From contig CAWFQK010000004.1 in NCBI GenBank assembly GCA_963817955.1, positions 352,001 through 416,000 of the forward strand: DNA of 64,000 nt, in the 5' to 3' direction. This DNA comes from an uncultured Gemmatimonadaceae bacterium. Lineage in GTDB: Bacteria; Gemmatimonadota; Gemmatimonadetes; Gemmatimonadales; Gemmatimonadaceae. Both the position numbers and the translations under genes were made by a program. This document shows, piece after piece, positions 42,792-51,735 of the stretch; within the stretch, counting starts at the first letter, position 1; the number at the start of each line of letters is the position of its first letter. Under the pieces are notes generated by a model. The model had not been told where the DNA came from. It worked only from the letters and a program-made list of their open reading frames with translations, and ran no database searches.

Positions 42792-44216
42792 ATGAGCTTT
42801 CTTTCTTCACTCCCACGCGTCATTCAGGGCGGCATGGGTGTCGCCGTTTCTGATTGGCGGCTCGCCAATGCCGTGTCGCGCGCCGGCCAGCTTGGCGTCG
42901 TGTCCGGCTCCATGCTGGACACCGTGTTCGTGCGGCGGCTACAGGATGGTGATCCCGAGGGTCACATGCGCCGCGCCATCGCGCATTTTCCCGTTCCGGA
43001 AGTTGGCCTCGAAATCCTCAGTCGCTACTTCAATCCGACGGGTCGCGCGCCGGATGCACCATACAAGAATCTGCCGATGTACAAGCAGGTGGTGAGCGCC
43101 GCCCGTCAGCGTGTCACCGTGCTAGCGAACTTCGTCGAAGTGTGGCTGGCCAAAGAAGGACACGACGCGCCAGTCGGCCTGAACCTGCTGACGAAGGTGC
43201 AGATGCCGAACCTCGCATCGCTATACGGTGCGATGCTCGCCGGCGTGGACGTGGTCATCATGGGCGCAGGCATTCCGCGCGAGATCCCTGGCGTGCTCGA
43301 CGCGTTCGCCGAGCATCGGCCGGCGCAGCTGCGCTTCGACATCGAGGGACTGGCGCGCGACGAGGCTGAATATCTGACCTTCGATCCCGCCCTCTGCACG
43401 TCGCCGTCCGTGATCGGCACGTCACTGCATCGTCCCGCGTTCATCGCCGTGATCTCTGCGTCGTCGCTCGCGACGACGCTCGCGCGCAAGTCGAACGGCC
43501 GTGTGGACGGCTTCATCGTCGAAGGGCCGACGGCGGGCGGCCACAATGCGCCGCCCCGAGGGGAAATGCGGCTCAACGAACGCGGCGAGCCCGTGTACGG
43601 CGATCGTGACATCGTGGACCTGGACAAGGTGCGCGAGCTCGGCTTGCCATTCTGGCTCGCCGGCGGGTCTGGCTCAGCGGCAGGGTTGCAGGCGGCGCTC
43701 GCCGCCGGCGCCGCCGGCGTGCAGGTCGGAACGCTATTCGCATACTGTAAAGAATCCGGTCTGTCTCCGGTGCTCAAACAGCGTGTGCTCACCGCCCTGA
43801 TGAGCGGCAGCGTCGCGCTGCGCACGGACCCACGCGCATCTCCAACCGGGTACCCGTTCAAAGTCGTCGACTTGCCGGGCGACCCCGAGCTGCTGGCGGC
43901 ACGCGAGCGCGTATGCGATCTCGGGTATCTGCGCGTCGCCATGCGCGATGCGGATGGCCGCACCATCTACCGGTGTTCGGCCGAGCCTCTCGACACCTAT
44001 GTCGCGAAGGGCGGCGACCCCGCCGAAACCGAAGGACGCCGCTGTCTGTGCAACGGGCTCACGGCGAACATCGGACAGGCACAGTATCGCACCGACACGG
44101 GACTCGAAGAAATTCCGCTGATCACGAGCGGAGACGACCTGCTCCAGCTCGCCGCGTTCGTCGCCAAGACGCCTGACTATACCGTGCAGAGTGTGCTGAC
44201 CTATCTGGGCGTCTGA
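42792..44216 (+). CDS. Nitronate monooxygenase/FabK-like FMN oxidoreductase with C-terminal Cys cluster
   Basis: IQGGMGV, VEGPTAGGH, GVQVGTLF, SPTGYPF, CDLGYL..C..CLCNGL. Confidence 0.85.
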   Translation: MSFLSSLPRVIQGGMGVAVSDWRLANAVSRAGQLGVVSGSMLDTVFVRRLQDGDPEGHMRRAIAHFPVPEVGLEILSRYFNPTGRAPDAPYKNLPMYKQVVSAARQRVTVLANFVEVWLAKEGHDAPVGLNLLTKVQMPNLASLYGAMLAGVDVVIMGAGIPREIPGVLDAFAEHRPAQLRFDIEGLARDEAEYLTFDPALCTSPSVIGTSLHRPAFIAVISASSLATTLARKSNGRVDGFIVEGPTAGGHNAPPRGEMRLNERGEPVYGDRDIVDLDKVRELGLPFWLAGGSGSAAGLQAALAAGAAGVQVGTLFAYCKESGLSPVLKQRVLTALMSGSVALRTDPRASPTGYPFKVVDLPGDPELLAARERVCDLGYLRVAMRDADGRTIYRCSAEPLDTYVAKGGDPAETEGRRCLCNGLTANIGQAQYRTDTGLEEIPLITSGDDLLQLAAFVAKTPDYTVQSVLTYLGV

Positions 44217-44232
44217 TGCCCAGGTAGGTCAG
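44196..44232 (+). terminator. 17-bp hairpin overlapping the stop codon of the NMO-like gene
   Basis: CTGACCTATCTGGGCGT-ctg-ATGCCCAGGTAGGTCAG with two G-U pairs; no U-tract. Confidence 0.5.
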
Positions 44233-44245
44233 GTGAGACTCCGTC

Positions 44246-44357
44246 GGATTGGGCTCCGGGTTTTGACCGGCTGGATGTCGCTGGCTGCTCCGTACCGGTC
44301 GGCCCGCCGGTCGGCGAGTTTCGAGTTTCCAGTTGTGAGCTACGCGTTGCGAGTCTC
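44246..44357. repeat. Dispersed ~112-bp intergenic repeat, copy 1
   Basis: Aligns by eye to 57721-57833 in the same orientation; identical blocks GGATTGGGCTCCGGG, GGCTGGATGTCGCTGGCTGCTCCGTA, TTCCAGTTGTGAG. Confidence 0.92.
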
Positions 44358-44562
44358 GTGTCTCGCTCACGAAGCGGTCGACGCCAAGGACCAGCGCAAT
44401 CCCTTCGATCGACACCACCTGAAGTGCCGACAACGTGCTCGCCAGCACGATGAAGCCCAACCCGACCACCGGCTTCGCGCTCCCGTATCGCTCCAGCTTG
44501 TCCAGCATACCTGGCGGCGCCGCCTCCGACGATGACGTGCCGAGGACGATGAGAATCTCCCG
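44356..44562 (-). pseudogene. dctA: DctA-like dicarboxylate/amino acid:cation symporter remnant
   Basis: REILIVLGTSSSEAAPPGMLDKLERYGSAKPVVGL joined directly to GFIVLASTLSAL..IALVLGVDRFVSE. Confidence 0.8.
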
Positions 44563-44577
44563 AGGAGGCTGACCCGC

Positions 44578-45123
44578 TCAATACGTGACGATCGTCCGAA
44601 CCATGCGATCGCCGAGCCGCGCGAGGCCGGGCAGGAAGTTGAGCGCGATGAGGAAGGAATAACCGACGACCGGCGCGCCGAGCGATTCGACGAGCCGCCG
44701 CGTAGCATCCGCAGTGCCGCCCGTCGCCAGAACATCATCGACGATCAGCACCCGCGCAACATGGTCGAATGCGTCGGCGTGGATCTCCAGGGCGTCCGTC
44801 CCATATTCCAACTCGTACGTTTCGCGCCGGGTCGACGATGGCAGCTTGCCGGGTTTGCGCACAGGGATGAATCCCGCTCCCAACCGCTGTGCGATGGGCC
44901 CACCGAAGATGAACCCGCGGCTCTCAATGGCGACGACGTGCGTCACGCCAAGACCCGAGAATGCATCCGCCATGGCGTTGGTCACGCAGATGAAATCGTG
45001 CGGCGACGCGAGCAGCGGCGTGATGTCCTTGAAGACGATGCCTGGCTTCGGATAGTCGGCGACGTCGCGGATCATATGCTTCACGCGGTCTTGAAGCTCG
45101 TTGCCCCCAGCGACCACGGTCAT
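44578..45123 (-). CDS. apt: Adenine phosphoribosyltransferase
   Basis: DYPKPGIVFKDITP, ESRGFIFG, RKPGKLP, IVDDVLATGGT. Confidence 0.96.
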   Translation of the reverse strand: MTVVAGGNELQDRVKHMIRDVADYPKPGIVFKDITPLLASPHDFICVTNAMADAFSGLGVTHVVAIESRGFIFGGPIAQRLGAGFIPVRKPGKLPSSTRRETYELEYGTDALEIHADAFDHVARVLIVDDVLATGGTADATRRLVESLGAPVVGYSFLIALNFLPGLARLGDRMVRTIVTY

Positions 45124-45129
45124 GCGACC

Positions 45130-45399
45130 TTACCTGAGAATGGTGAATGGACGTTGCAGCGCATCGCCGACCGGAGCCAGCTCGTCGATCGACGAAATGG
45201 TCGCGCCATCCGGCCCGCGCTGAAGCGCCGCTCGCAGCGCCGCCACAGCCAGTGCATCGCCTTCCACGGCGACTTCCACGGCGCCATCAGGTCGATTCAA
45301 TACCCAACCAGCCAGGTCGTGACGGCGCGCCGTCTCGCGCACGAACCACCGGAACCCGACCCCCTGCACACGCCCGCGAACGACGACGTGCAATTGCAT
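45130..45399 (-). CDS. acyP: Acylphosphatase
   Basis: [21 protein letters not shown]. Confidence 0.93.
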   Translation of the reverse strand: MQLHVVVRGRVQGVGFRWFVRETARRHDLAGWVLNRPDGAVEVAVEGDALAVAALRAALQRGPDGATISSIDELAPVGDALQRPFTILR

Positions 45400-46067
45400 C
45401 AGCGGCCCTCGGGCGGGCTCCAGCCGTGGGAGCCGAGGAGCGGAACGAATCGCACCGGCGCGACGTCCTGCATGTCAATTCGACCCTCCTTGCGCTCGGC
45501 GAGCACCAGCTTCTGCTCCTCGCGGTCGCCAATCGGAACGAGCAGACGACCGCCATCGGCCAGCTGGTCGAGCAGCGGCTGGGGCACGGACGGCGAACCA
45601 GCTCCGACCAGAATGGCGTCATAGGGTGCGTACTCGCGCCACCCGATCGAACCGTCGCCGACGAGCAACGAGACGTTACTCACGCCGGCACGCTGAATGT
45701 TCTGTTGCGCCTGCTGCATCAGCGCGGGAATGCGCTCGATGGAGAACACCTGTGCCACCAGATGGGCAAGCAACACCGTCTGAAATCCGGAACCGGTGCC
45801 GATCTCCAGCACGCGTTCCTTTCCGGTGAGGCGCAGCAACTCCAGGTAGCGGGCGTGCACCCACGGCTGCGAAATCGTCTGACCGTTCCCGATCGGCAGC
45901 GGCGCATCCTCGTACGCGCGGTGACGAAGTCCGGTGGGCAAGAATGCGTGGCGCGGAGTCATCTCGAACGCGCGTAGGACCGCCAGGTCGCGGATGCCCT
46001 TCTCGCGCAAGGCATCAACGAGACGCGCGCGCGCGCCGCGGAACTCGCTTTCTACAGGTCGCCCCAC
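45399..46067 (-). CDS. pcm: Protein-L-isoaspartate O-methyltransferase
   Basis: [28 protein letters not shown]; start approximate. Confidence 0.95.
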   Translation of the reverse strand: MGRPVESEFRGARARLVDALREKGIRDLAVLRAFEMTPRHAFLPTGLRHRAYEDAPLPIGNGQTISQPWVHARYLELLRLTGKERVLEIGTGSGFQTVLLAHLVAQVFSIERIPALMQQAQQNIQRAGVSNVSLLVGDGSIGWREYAPYDAILVGAGSPSVPQPLLDQLADGGRLLVPIGDREEQKLVLAERKEGRIDMQDVAPVRFVPLLGSHGWSPPEGR

Positions 46068-46816
46068 CAATCCGCCGCCCCCTGAAGTACGCCGAAATGT
46101 GTGAGATCGAGGTGCAATGGCGTCACCGATATATAGCCAGCCTCGATCGCGCGGAAATCCGAATCCGGATCTCCAGTCCAGGTGATGTCGCCGCCGCCAA
46201 TCCAGTAGATCGGCCGTCCCCACGGATCCTTCATCGGCGCCACGGACTGTGAGTACACCCGTCGGCCGAGATGCGTGAGACGCACACCCTTCACCTGATC
46301 CGCCGGCACTGGCGGAAGGTTCACATTAAATAACGTGTCGGCGGGAAAGGTGGGCAGTGAGGTGAGGTGCTTGAGCAGCGGCGTGAGGACCTTCACCTGC
46401 TGCGCGAGCTGGCTCACGTCGGCCCGCAGGTCACCGCCGGCGAACGATATGGCGATCGACGGAACGCCGAGCGCGAGCCCCTCCATGGCCGCCGCGACCG
46501 TGCCGGAATACAGGACGTCCTCGCCCATGTTCTGCCCGTGGTTGATGCCGCTCAGAACGAAATCCGGGCGTTCGGGCATCAACGCTTCCAACGCGAGCAT
46601 GACGCAATCCGTCGGCGTGCCGTCCACCTGCCACCGACGTTCGCCGCGACGCACCGGGCGTAATGGATGATGGAGCGTGAGCGAGTGGCTCGTGGCGCTC
46701 TGCTCGCGATCCGGAGCCACCACCGTGATCTCGCCCAGCGGCTCGGCCGCGGCGCAGAGACACTCGATACCGTGTGCGAGAATTCCGTCGTCGTTCGTAA
46801 TCAGCAGGCGCATCAA
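46052..46816 (-). CDS. surE: 5'/3'-nucleotidase SurE
   Basis: LITNDDG, GTPTDCV, SGINHG.N, YSGTVAAA. Confidence 0.96.
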   Translation of the reverse strand: MMRLLITNDDGILAHGIECLCAAAEPLGEITVVAPDREQSATSHSLTLHHPLRPVRRGERRWQVDGTPTDCVMLALEALMPERPDFVLSGINHGQNMGEDVLYSGTVAAAMEGLALGVPSIAISFAGGDLRADVSQLAQQVKVLTPLLKHLTSLPTFPADTLFNVNLPPVPADQVKGVRLTHLGRRVYSQSVAPMKDPWGRPIYWIGGGDITWTGDPDSDFRAIEAGYISVTPLHLDLTHFGVLQGAADWWGDL

Positions 46817-47181
46817 TCGGCGAGGTTCGATGATCCGAGAAACGAGATGAGGTCCTTCAGATCGGACTCGAGCGACTCCAGCGATTGGATCGCAAGCGCG
46901 CCGCGTGCCATGACCTTGAGATCGCCGCCCTTTCGATGTTCATCCACTTTCTGTCGCGCACCTTCAATGGTGTACTTCTCGTCATACAGCAGGTGCTTGA
47001 CCAGCATGATGAGATCGACCTCGCGGCGCTGGTAGACCCGATTCCCGGATCGGTTCTTGGCGGGACTGAGAAAGCGAAACTGGCTTTCCCAGTACCGAAG
47101 GACGTGCGGCTTGAGCCCGGTGAGCTCGCACACTTCGCCGATCGAGAAGAACTCCTGGATGGGGTCAGACGCTACGCTCAC
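46813..47181 (-). CDS. MerR family transcriptional regulator
   Basis: FSIGEVCELTGLKPHVLRYWESQF..GNRVY. Confidence 0.9.
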   Translation of the reverse strand: MSVASDPIQEFFSIGEVCELTGLKPHVLRYWESQFRFLSPAKNRSGNRVYQRREVDLIMLVKHLLYDEKYTIEGARQKVDEHRKGGDLKVMARGALAIQSLESLESDLKDLISFLGSSNLAD

Positions 47182-48173
47182 GGGTCTTGCTCCGCTCGAA
47201 GTTCACGCGCCATCAGTTCTGGCACCGCATTACGCGCCGCTTGGCCCTCGAAGAGGATCCGGGCGACGGTCTGCACGATGGGCATGTCCACGCCGTGCTT
47301 CGCCGCCAGCTCGAGCGCGCTCGACGTGGTCATCACACCTTCCGCCACCGTTTCTTTCCCGGCGAGCGCCTGTTCCAGCGTCGCACCCCGGCCGATCTCC
47401 AACCCCAGCGCGCGATTCCGGCTCAGGGCTCCAGTGCACGTCAGCACGAGATCGCCCACGCCCGCCAAACCAGCGAAGGTCGCGGCCGTGGCGCCAAGTG
47501 CCACGCCGAGTCGGGTCATCTCGTGCAAACCACGAGTGATGAGCGCCGCCCGGGAGTTGAAGCCCAGACCAACGCCCTCGACCATGCCAGTGGCAACGGC
47601 CATGACGTTCTTGAGGGCGCCGGCGAGTTCTACACCAATCAGGTCGTCGTGCGTGTACACACGAAAGGTGTGGCTGCTGAGGGCGCCCTGAGCGACACGG
47701 GCCGCCGTCACATCGCGAGACGCCGCAACGATAGCGGTCGGCTGGCGCGCCGCGACCTCAGCGGCAAAGCTCGGCCCCGAAATGCCGACGACAGCCCGGC
47801 TGGAGATTTCCTGTTCCGCGACCGTTGTCATCAGGGCGAGCGTTCCGCGCTCGATCCCTTTCGTTGCCACCGCGAGTACAGCGTCACGCTCGACGAACGA
47901 CGCACCAGCCCCGGCAATTCGTCGCAGGTGGTGCGAAGGGGTGGCATAGACCACGAACGCCGCACCGCGCAGCGCAGCGTCCTGGTCCGTGGTCGCGCGA
48001 AGTTCGGGGCAGAGTGTCACGCCGTTCAAGAACCGGTGGTTTTCGCCGCACGCATTGATCGACTGCGCGACGTCCGGTTCGAACGACCAGATCGTTGTCT
48101 CGTGTCCGTTCGTCGCGAGCAAATCGGCGAGGGCCGTACCCCACGCGCCGGCGCCAATGACCGCGCAGCGCAT
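47178..48173 (-). CDS. gpsA: NAD(P)H-dependent glycerol-3-phosphate dehydrogenase
   Basis: GAGAWGTALA, SGPSFA, GALKNV, GDLVLTC..SRN. Confidence 0.96.
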   Translation of the reverse strand: MRCAVIGAGAWGTALADLLATNGHETTIWSFEPDVAQSINACGENHRFLNGVTLCPELRATTDQDAALRGAAFVVYATPSHHLRRIAGAGASFVERDAVLAVATKGIERGTLALMTTVAEQEISSRAVVGISGPSFAAEVAARQPTAIVAASRDVTAARVAQGALSSHTFRVYTHDDLIGVELAGALKNVMAVATGMVEGVGLGFNSRAALITRGLHEMTRLGVALGATAATFAGLAGVGDLVLTCTGALSRNRALGLEIGRGATLEQALAGKETVAEGVMTTSSALELAAKHGVDMPIVQTVARILFEGQAARNAVPELMARELRAEQDP

Positions 48174-48877
48174 CAGGAGAACCTGGCGGCGATGAGAACC
48201 GCCAATACGATCGTGAGCGCAATCGCCAGCGTGGTGACAGGACGCCTCGCGCGCACGCCGCGCTTGCCGAACCGGTGCTCGTCACCGTTCCGCAGCCGCA
48301 CGATATTCGAGCGATGCGTCCAGAAGACGAACACTCCAACGACGATGCTGATCGCGAACAGCGGCGATCTCGTTCCGACCGTGATCGCCAGCAGGATCGG
48401 GAGCATCGCCGCGCTCGTGAGCGACCCGAGCGACACGAACCCGCTCGACAGCAACACCACGGCAAAAATGGCGATCGTCAACGTCGTCTGCACGGGAGCG
48501 AGCGCCAGGAACACGCCGGCCGCGGTGGCAACGCCCTTCCCCCCCTTGCCGAACCTCAGATAGATGGGGCGGACGTGGCCAATGATCGCCGCCACGCCGC
48601 AGATGATCGCCAGAATGATCGGATTGGCGAATGGCATCTCCGCCGCCGGCACCCAGTGCGGAAACAGGAGTGCCGAGACCGCGCCTTTTGCCATGTCAAA
48701 CGCGAACACGAGCAGGCCGATCCTGGCGCCCAGGACGCGGATGACGTTCGTCGCGCCCAGGTTGCCTGAGCCGTGCTTGCGGAGATCGATGCCCCGCGAT
48801 CTTCCCGCGATGTAAGCCGCGGGAATCGACCCGAGGAGATACGAGGCGACAATCGCGGCAACGATCGGGAGCATCAT
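48173..48877 (-). CDS. plsY: Glycerol-3-phosphate acyltransferase PlsY
   Basis: YLLGSIP, GSGNLGATN, GGKGVAT, HRSNI.RL. Confidence 0.95.
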   Translation of the reverse strand: MMLPIVAAIVASYLLGSIPAAYIAGRSRGIDLRKHGSGNLGATNVIRVLGARIGLLVFAFDMAKGAVSALLFPHWVPAAEMPFANPIILAIICGVAAIIGHVRPIYLRFGKGGKGVATAAGVFLALAPVQTTLTIAIFAVVLLSSGFVSLGSLTSAAMLPILLAITVGTRSPLFAISIVVGVFVFWTHRSNIVRLRNGDEHRFGKRGVRARRPVTTLAIALTIVLAVLIAARFS

Positions 48878-50184
48878 CCGGCCTTGCGGCGGAGCAGGAT
48901 GCGCAGCGGATTGCCGGTAAAGCCCCAGAATGCCCGGAATCCGTTGTGGAGATAGCGCACGTAATGCTCTTCAACGAGATCCGGCGCATTCCCGAAGATG
49001 GCGATCGTCGGCGGATTGGTCTCGACCTGCGTCGCGTAGTTGAGCTTCACTTCCCGTCCTGCGGCCTGCGACGGCTGCTTGTACGCGATCAACTCGCCGA
49101 GCTTCGCGTTCACTTCCGACGTGGAGATCCGCTTGCCGCGTTCCGCCTCCACCTCGAGCAGCACCTCGAGCACCTTGTTCACGCGCTGACCCGTGAGCGC
49201 CGACGTGAACAGGAATGGCACGAACTTGAGGAATGGAGCCTTCTCACCAGCCGCCTTCTGGTACTTGGCCGACGCCTTGTCGTCCTTCTCGGCCAGATCC
49301 CACTTGTTCACGACCATGATCAGGCCACGTCCCGCGTCCCAGGCCAGCGCTGCGATCTTGAGATCCTGATTCTGAATCTCGCCTTCGGTGGCGTCCACCA
49401 TGAGAATGCAGATGTCTGCCCGCTCGATCGCGCGGCGCGTGCGCAACGACGAATAGAACTCGATTCCATCGTCAATCTTGCTCTGGCGCCGGAGCCCAGC
49501 CGTATCGACGAAGATGAACGGGCGGCCGTGATAGCGGAGCGGCGAATCGATTGCATCGCGGGTCGTGCCAGCGACCTCCGAGACGACAAGCCGATCCTGG
49601 CCCAGCAGGCGGTTCACGAACGATGATTTTCCGACGTTCGGTCGCCCAACGACGGCGACGCGCATCGCCACTTCGGTGTCCTTCTCGGACTCCGGCAGAC
49701 GGCGCACCACTTCGTCGAGCAGATCGCCCGAACCCTTGCCGTTGATAGCTGATACGGGGAATACCTCGCCCACGCCCAGCGAGTAGAACTCGTAGAAATC
49801 AGTGGAGCGCGGATCGTCAACCTTGTTTGCGACGATGACCCATGGCTTTCCCGAGTTGCGCAGCAACTCGGCGACATGATGATCGCTCGGATGCAGGCCA
49901 ACTTTGGCGTCGACCACGAATAGCATCAGATCGGCTTCGCCAATGGCCTCGTCCACCTGCCGGCGAATCTCCACATCCATGGGGAGGTGGGGATCGTCGG
50001 CGATACCGCCCGTATCCACCAACCAGAATGGCGCGCCAGCCCAATCAGTCTGTGCGAAATGTCGGTCACGCGTCGTGCCCGCTTCCTCGTCGACGATCGC
50101 GCTCTCGTCACCAATGATGCGGTTGAACAACGCGGACTTGCCGACGTTCGGGCGCCCGATGAGGGCGACGACAGGGATACTCAC
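48874..50184 (-). CDS. der: Ribosome biogenesis GTPase Der (EngA)
   Basis: Two GRPNVGKS P-loops, DTGG/DTAG, NKVD/NKWD. Confidence 0.97.
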   Translation of the reverse strand: MSIPVVALIGRPNVGKSALFNRIIGDESAIVDEEAGTTRDRHFAQTDWAGAPFWLVDTGGIADDPHLPMDVEIRRQVDEAIGEADLMLFVVDAKVGLHPSDHHVAELLRNSGKPWVIVANKVDDPRSTDFYEFYSLGVGEVFPVSAINGKGSGDLLDEVVRRLPESEKDTEVAMRVAVVGRPNVGKSSFVNRLLGQDRLVVSEVAGTTRDAIDSPLRYHGRPFIFVDTAGLRRQSKIDDGIEFYSSLRTRRAIERADICILMVDATEGEIQNQDLKIAALAWDAGRGLIMVVNKWDLAEKDDKASAKYQKAAGEKAPFLKFVPFLFTSALTGQRVNKVLEVLLEVEAERGKRISTSEVNAKLGELIAYKQPSQAAGREVKLNYATQVETNPPTIAIFGNAPDLVEEHYVRYLHNGFRAFWGFTGNPLRILLRRKAG

Positions 50185-51476
50185 GCGGCCACCGCGGCAC
50201 GCGGGCCATTTTCGAGCGCCAACACGTCTATGAAATCGTACGACGGATACACCGGCATCGCGAACTGCTCACGCAGCGTGATGAAGGCTTCGTCGTCGAG
50301 GAACACGCCGTTGTCGTTGATGCATTCTGCAGGAATGAGCGCCATATCGAGATCCATGCGGCCGTCGAGCGCGCGCCGGATATCGGCACCCACCAGCAGT
50401 CCCGCGGTAGTGGTGGTGGGTCCAAACAGAGAATTTTCCGCGACGATCAGCTCGAATGCCGCGCCCGTCACGCCGGTGATCTGCTCCAACAGGGGCGGCA
50501 TCAGGTTCGCCATCGAGACGCCGGTCACGACGCCGATCCGCTTGCCATCGAGACGCGGAAGCGTCGGCAGACCTTCCCGCACGCGCATGCGGAGCGACGC
50601 CACTGAACCAACGCCGTTCTCGATCTGCGGAAAATCGTCGTAGAAAGCGGCATCGGGCAGCGGCCGTTCGGCCAGGAGGTACAACTCATCCGATCCATAC
50701 ACCCACGAGTGGCCACGCTCGACGAGCGCGCGCACCCCCCAGCGCTCCACCACGGCCAGCAGTCTGGACGCGTTCTCTACGTCCATCGACTGGCCGGTGT
50801 AGAGATGAGAGAACTGCGTCAGGCCCACAGGCACGATGGCAACCGAGAGACAGGCTTCGCCGAAGGCCCACAGGTCGCTGAGCGACTGTTCGAGCACATC
50901 GCCGTCATTGAGTCCCGGCACGATCACCATCTGTCCGTGAAACTGAATGCCGCCCGCAGCGAGCTTGGTCAGCTGCTCGACGATGTTCGGAACGCGTGGA
51001 TTGTTGAGCAGGACCTTGCGGGCGTCCCAGGGCGTGGCGTGCACCGAGATGTACAGCGGCGAGAGGCGATACTCCAAGATGCGCGCGATGTCGCGTTCCT
51101 TCACATTGGAGAGCGTCGCGAAATTGCCATAGGCGAACGACAGCCGATAGTCATCGTCACGCAGGTAGAGCGGCTTGCGCAACCCCTTCGGCAGCCCCTC
51201 GATGAAGCAGAACTCGCAGCGGTTGGCGCACTGGCGAACGGTGGGCGGCTCCAATTCCACACCCATGCTCTCCCCTTCTGGACGCTCGACGTCATAGATC
51301 ACGGCCTCGCCATCGGGGAGCCGCGCCTCGATCACGAGCTCATCTTCGGCGGTCAGGAACTCCCAGTCGAGGAAATCAGCGACGGCGCGCCCGTTGACCG
51401 TGAGCAACTCGGTCCCCGGCACAATTCCCAATTCCTCGGCAATGCTGCCGTCATGAACGCCTTTGACGCGAACCAT
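50181..51476 (-). CDS. DUF512 family PDZ + radical-SAM-like Fe-S protein
   Basis: N-terminal PDZ-like domain, CANRCEFC, DDDYRLSF, QIENGVG. Confidence 0.85.
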   Translation of the reverse strand: MVRVKGVHDGSIAEELGIVPGTELLTVNGRAVADFLDWEFLTAEDELVIEARLPDGEAVIYDVERPEGESMGVELEPPTVRQCANRCEFCFIEGLPKGLRKPLYLRDDDYRLSFAYGNFATLSNVKERDIARILEYRLSPLYISVHATPWDARKVLLNNPRVPNIVEQLTKLAAGGIQFHGQMVIVPGLNDGDVLEQSLSDLWAFGEACLSVAIVPVGLTQFSHLYTGQSMDVENASRLLAVVERWGVRALVERGHSWVYGSDELYLLAERPLPDAAFYDDFPQIENGVGSVASLRMRVREGLPTLPRLDGKRIGVVTGVSMANLMPPLLEQITGVTGAAFELIVAENSLFGPTTTTAGLLVGADIRRALDGRMDLDMALIPAECINDNGVFLDDEAFITLREQFAMPVYPSYDFIDVLALENGPRAAVAA

Positions 51477-51667
51477 TCAACCCCGTATTGCAATGGGGGA
51501 GACCACGTAGCGATCTCCCCCTGACCGACAATACCAATCGCGCCAACCCGCGGCGATAGCTCATGCAATCTAGGAGCTAAAGGGTCGGAAATCAAGCTAA
51601 ATAGACAACTTGGGCCTGCCCGAAGGTCGAACGCTATGAGCTGTCGACAGGTGACCGATCCTACGCG

Positions 51668-51704
51668 AAAGAAACGAGCCCGCCAGGATCACGGCGGGCT
51701 CGTT
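51668..51704 (-). terminator. Intrinsic terminator downstream of the TPR gene
   Basis: AACGAGCCCGCC-N8-GGCGGGCTCGTT followed by TCTTT on the minus strand. Confidence 0.75.
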
Positions 51705-51735
51705 CGCCTGCAATTGGACTACCTCACAACATCCG

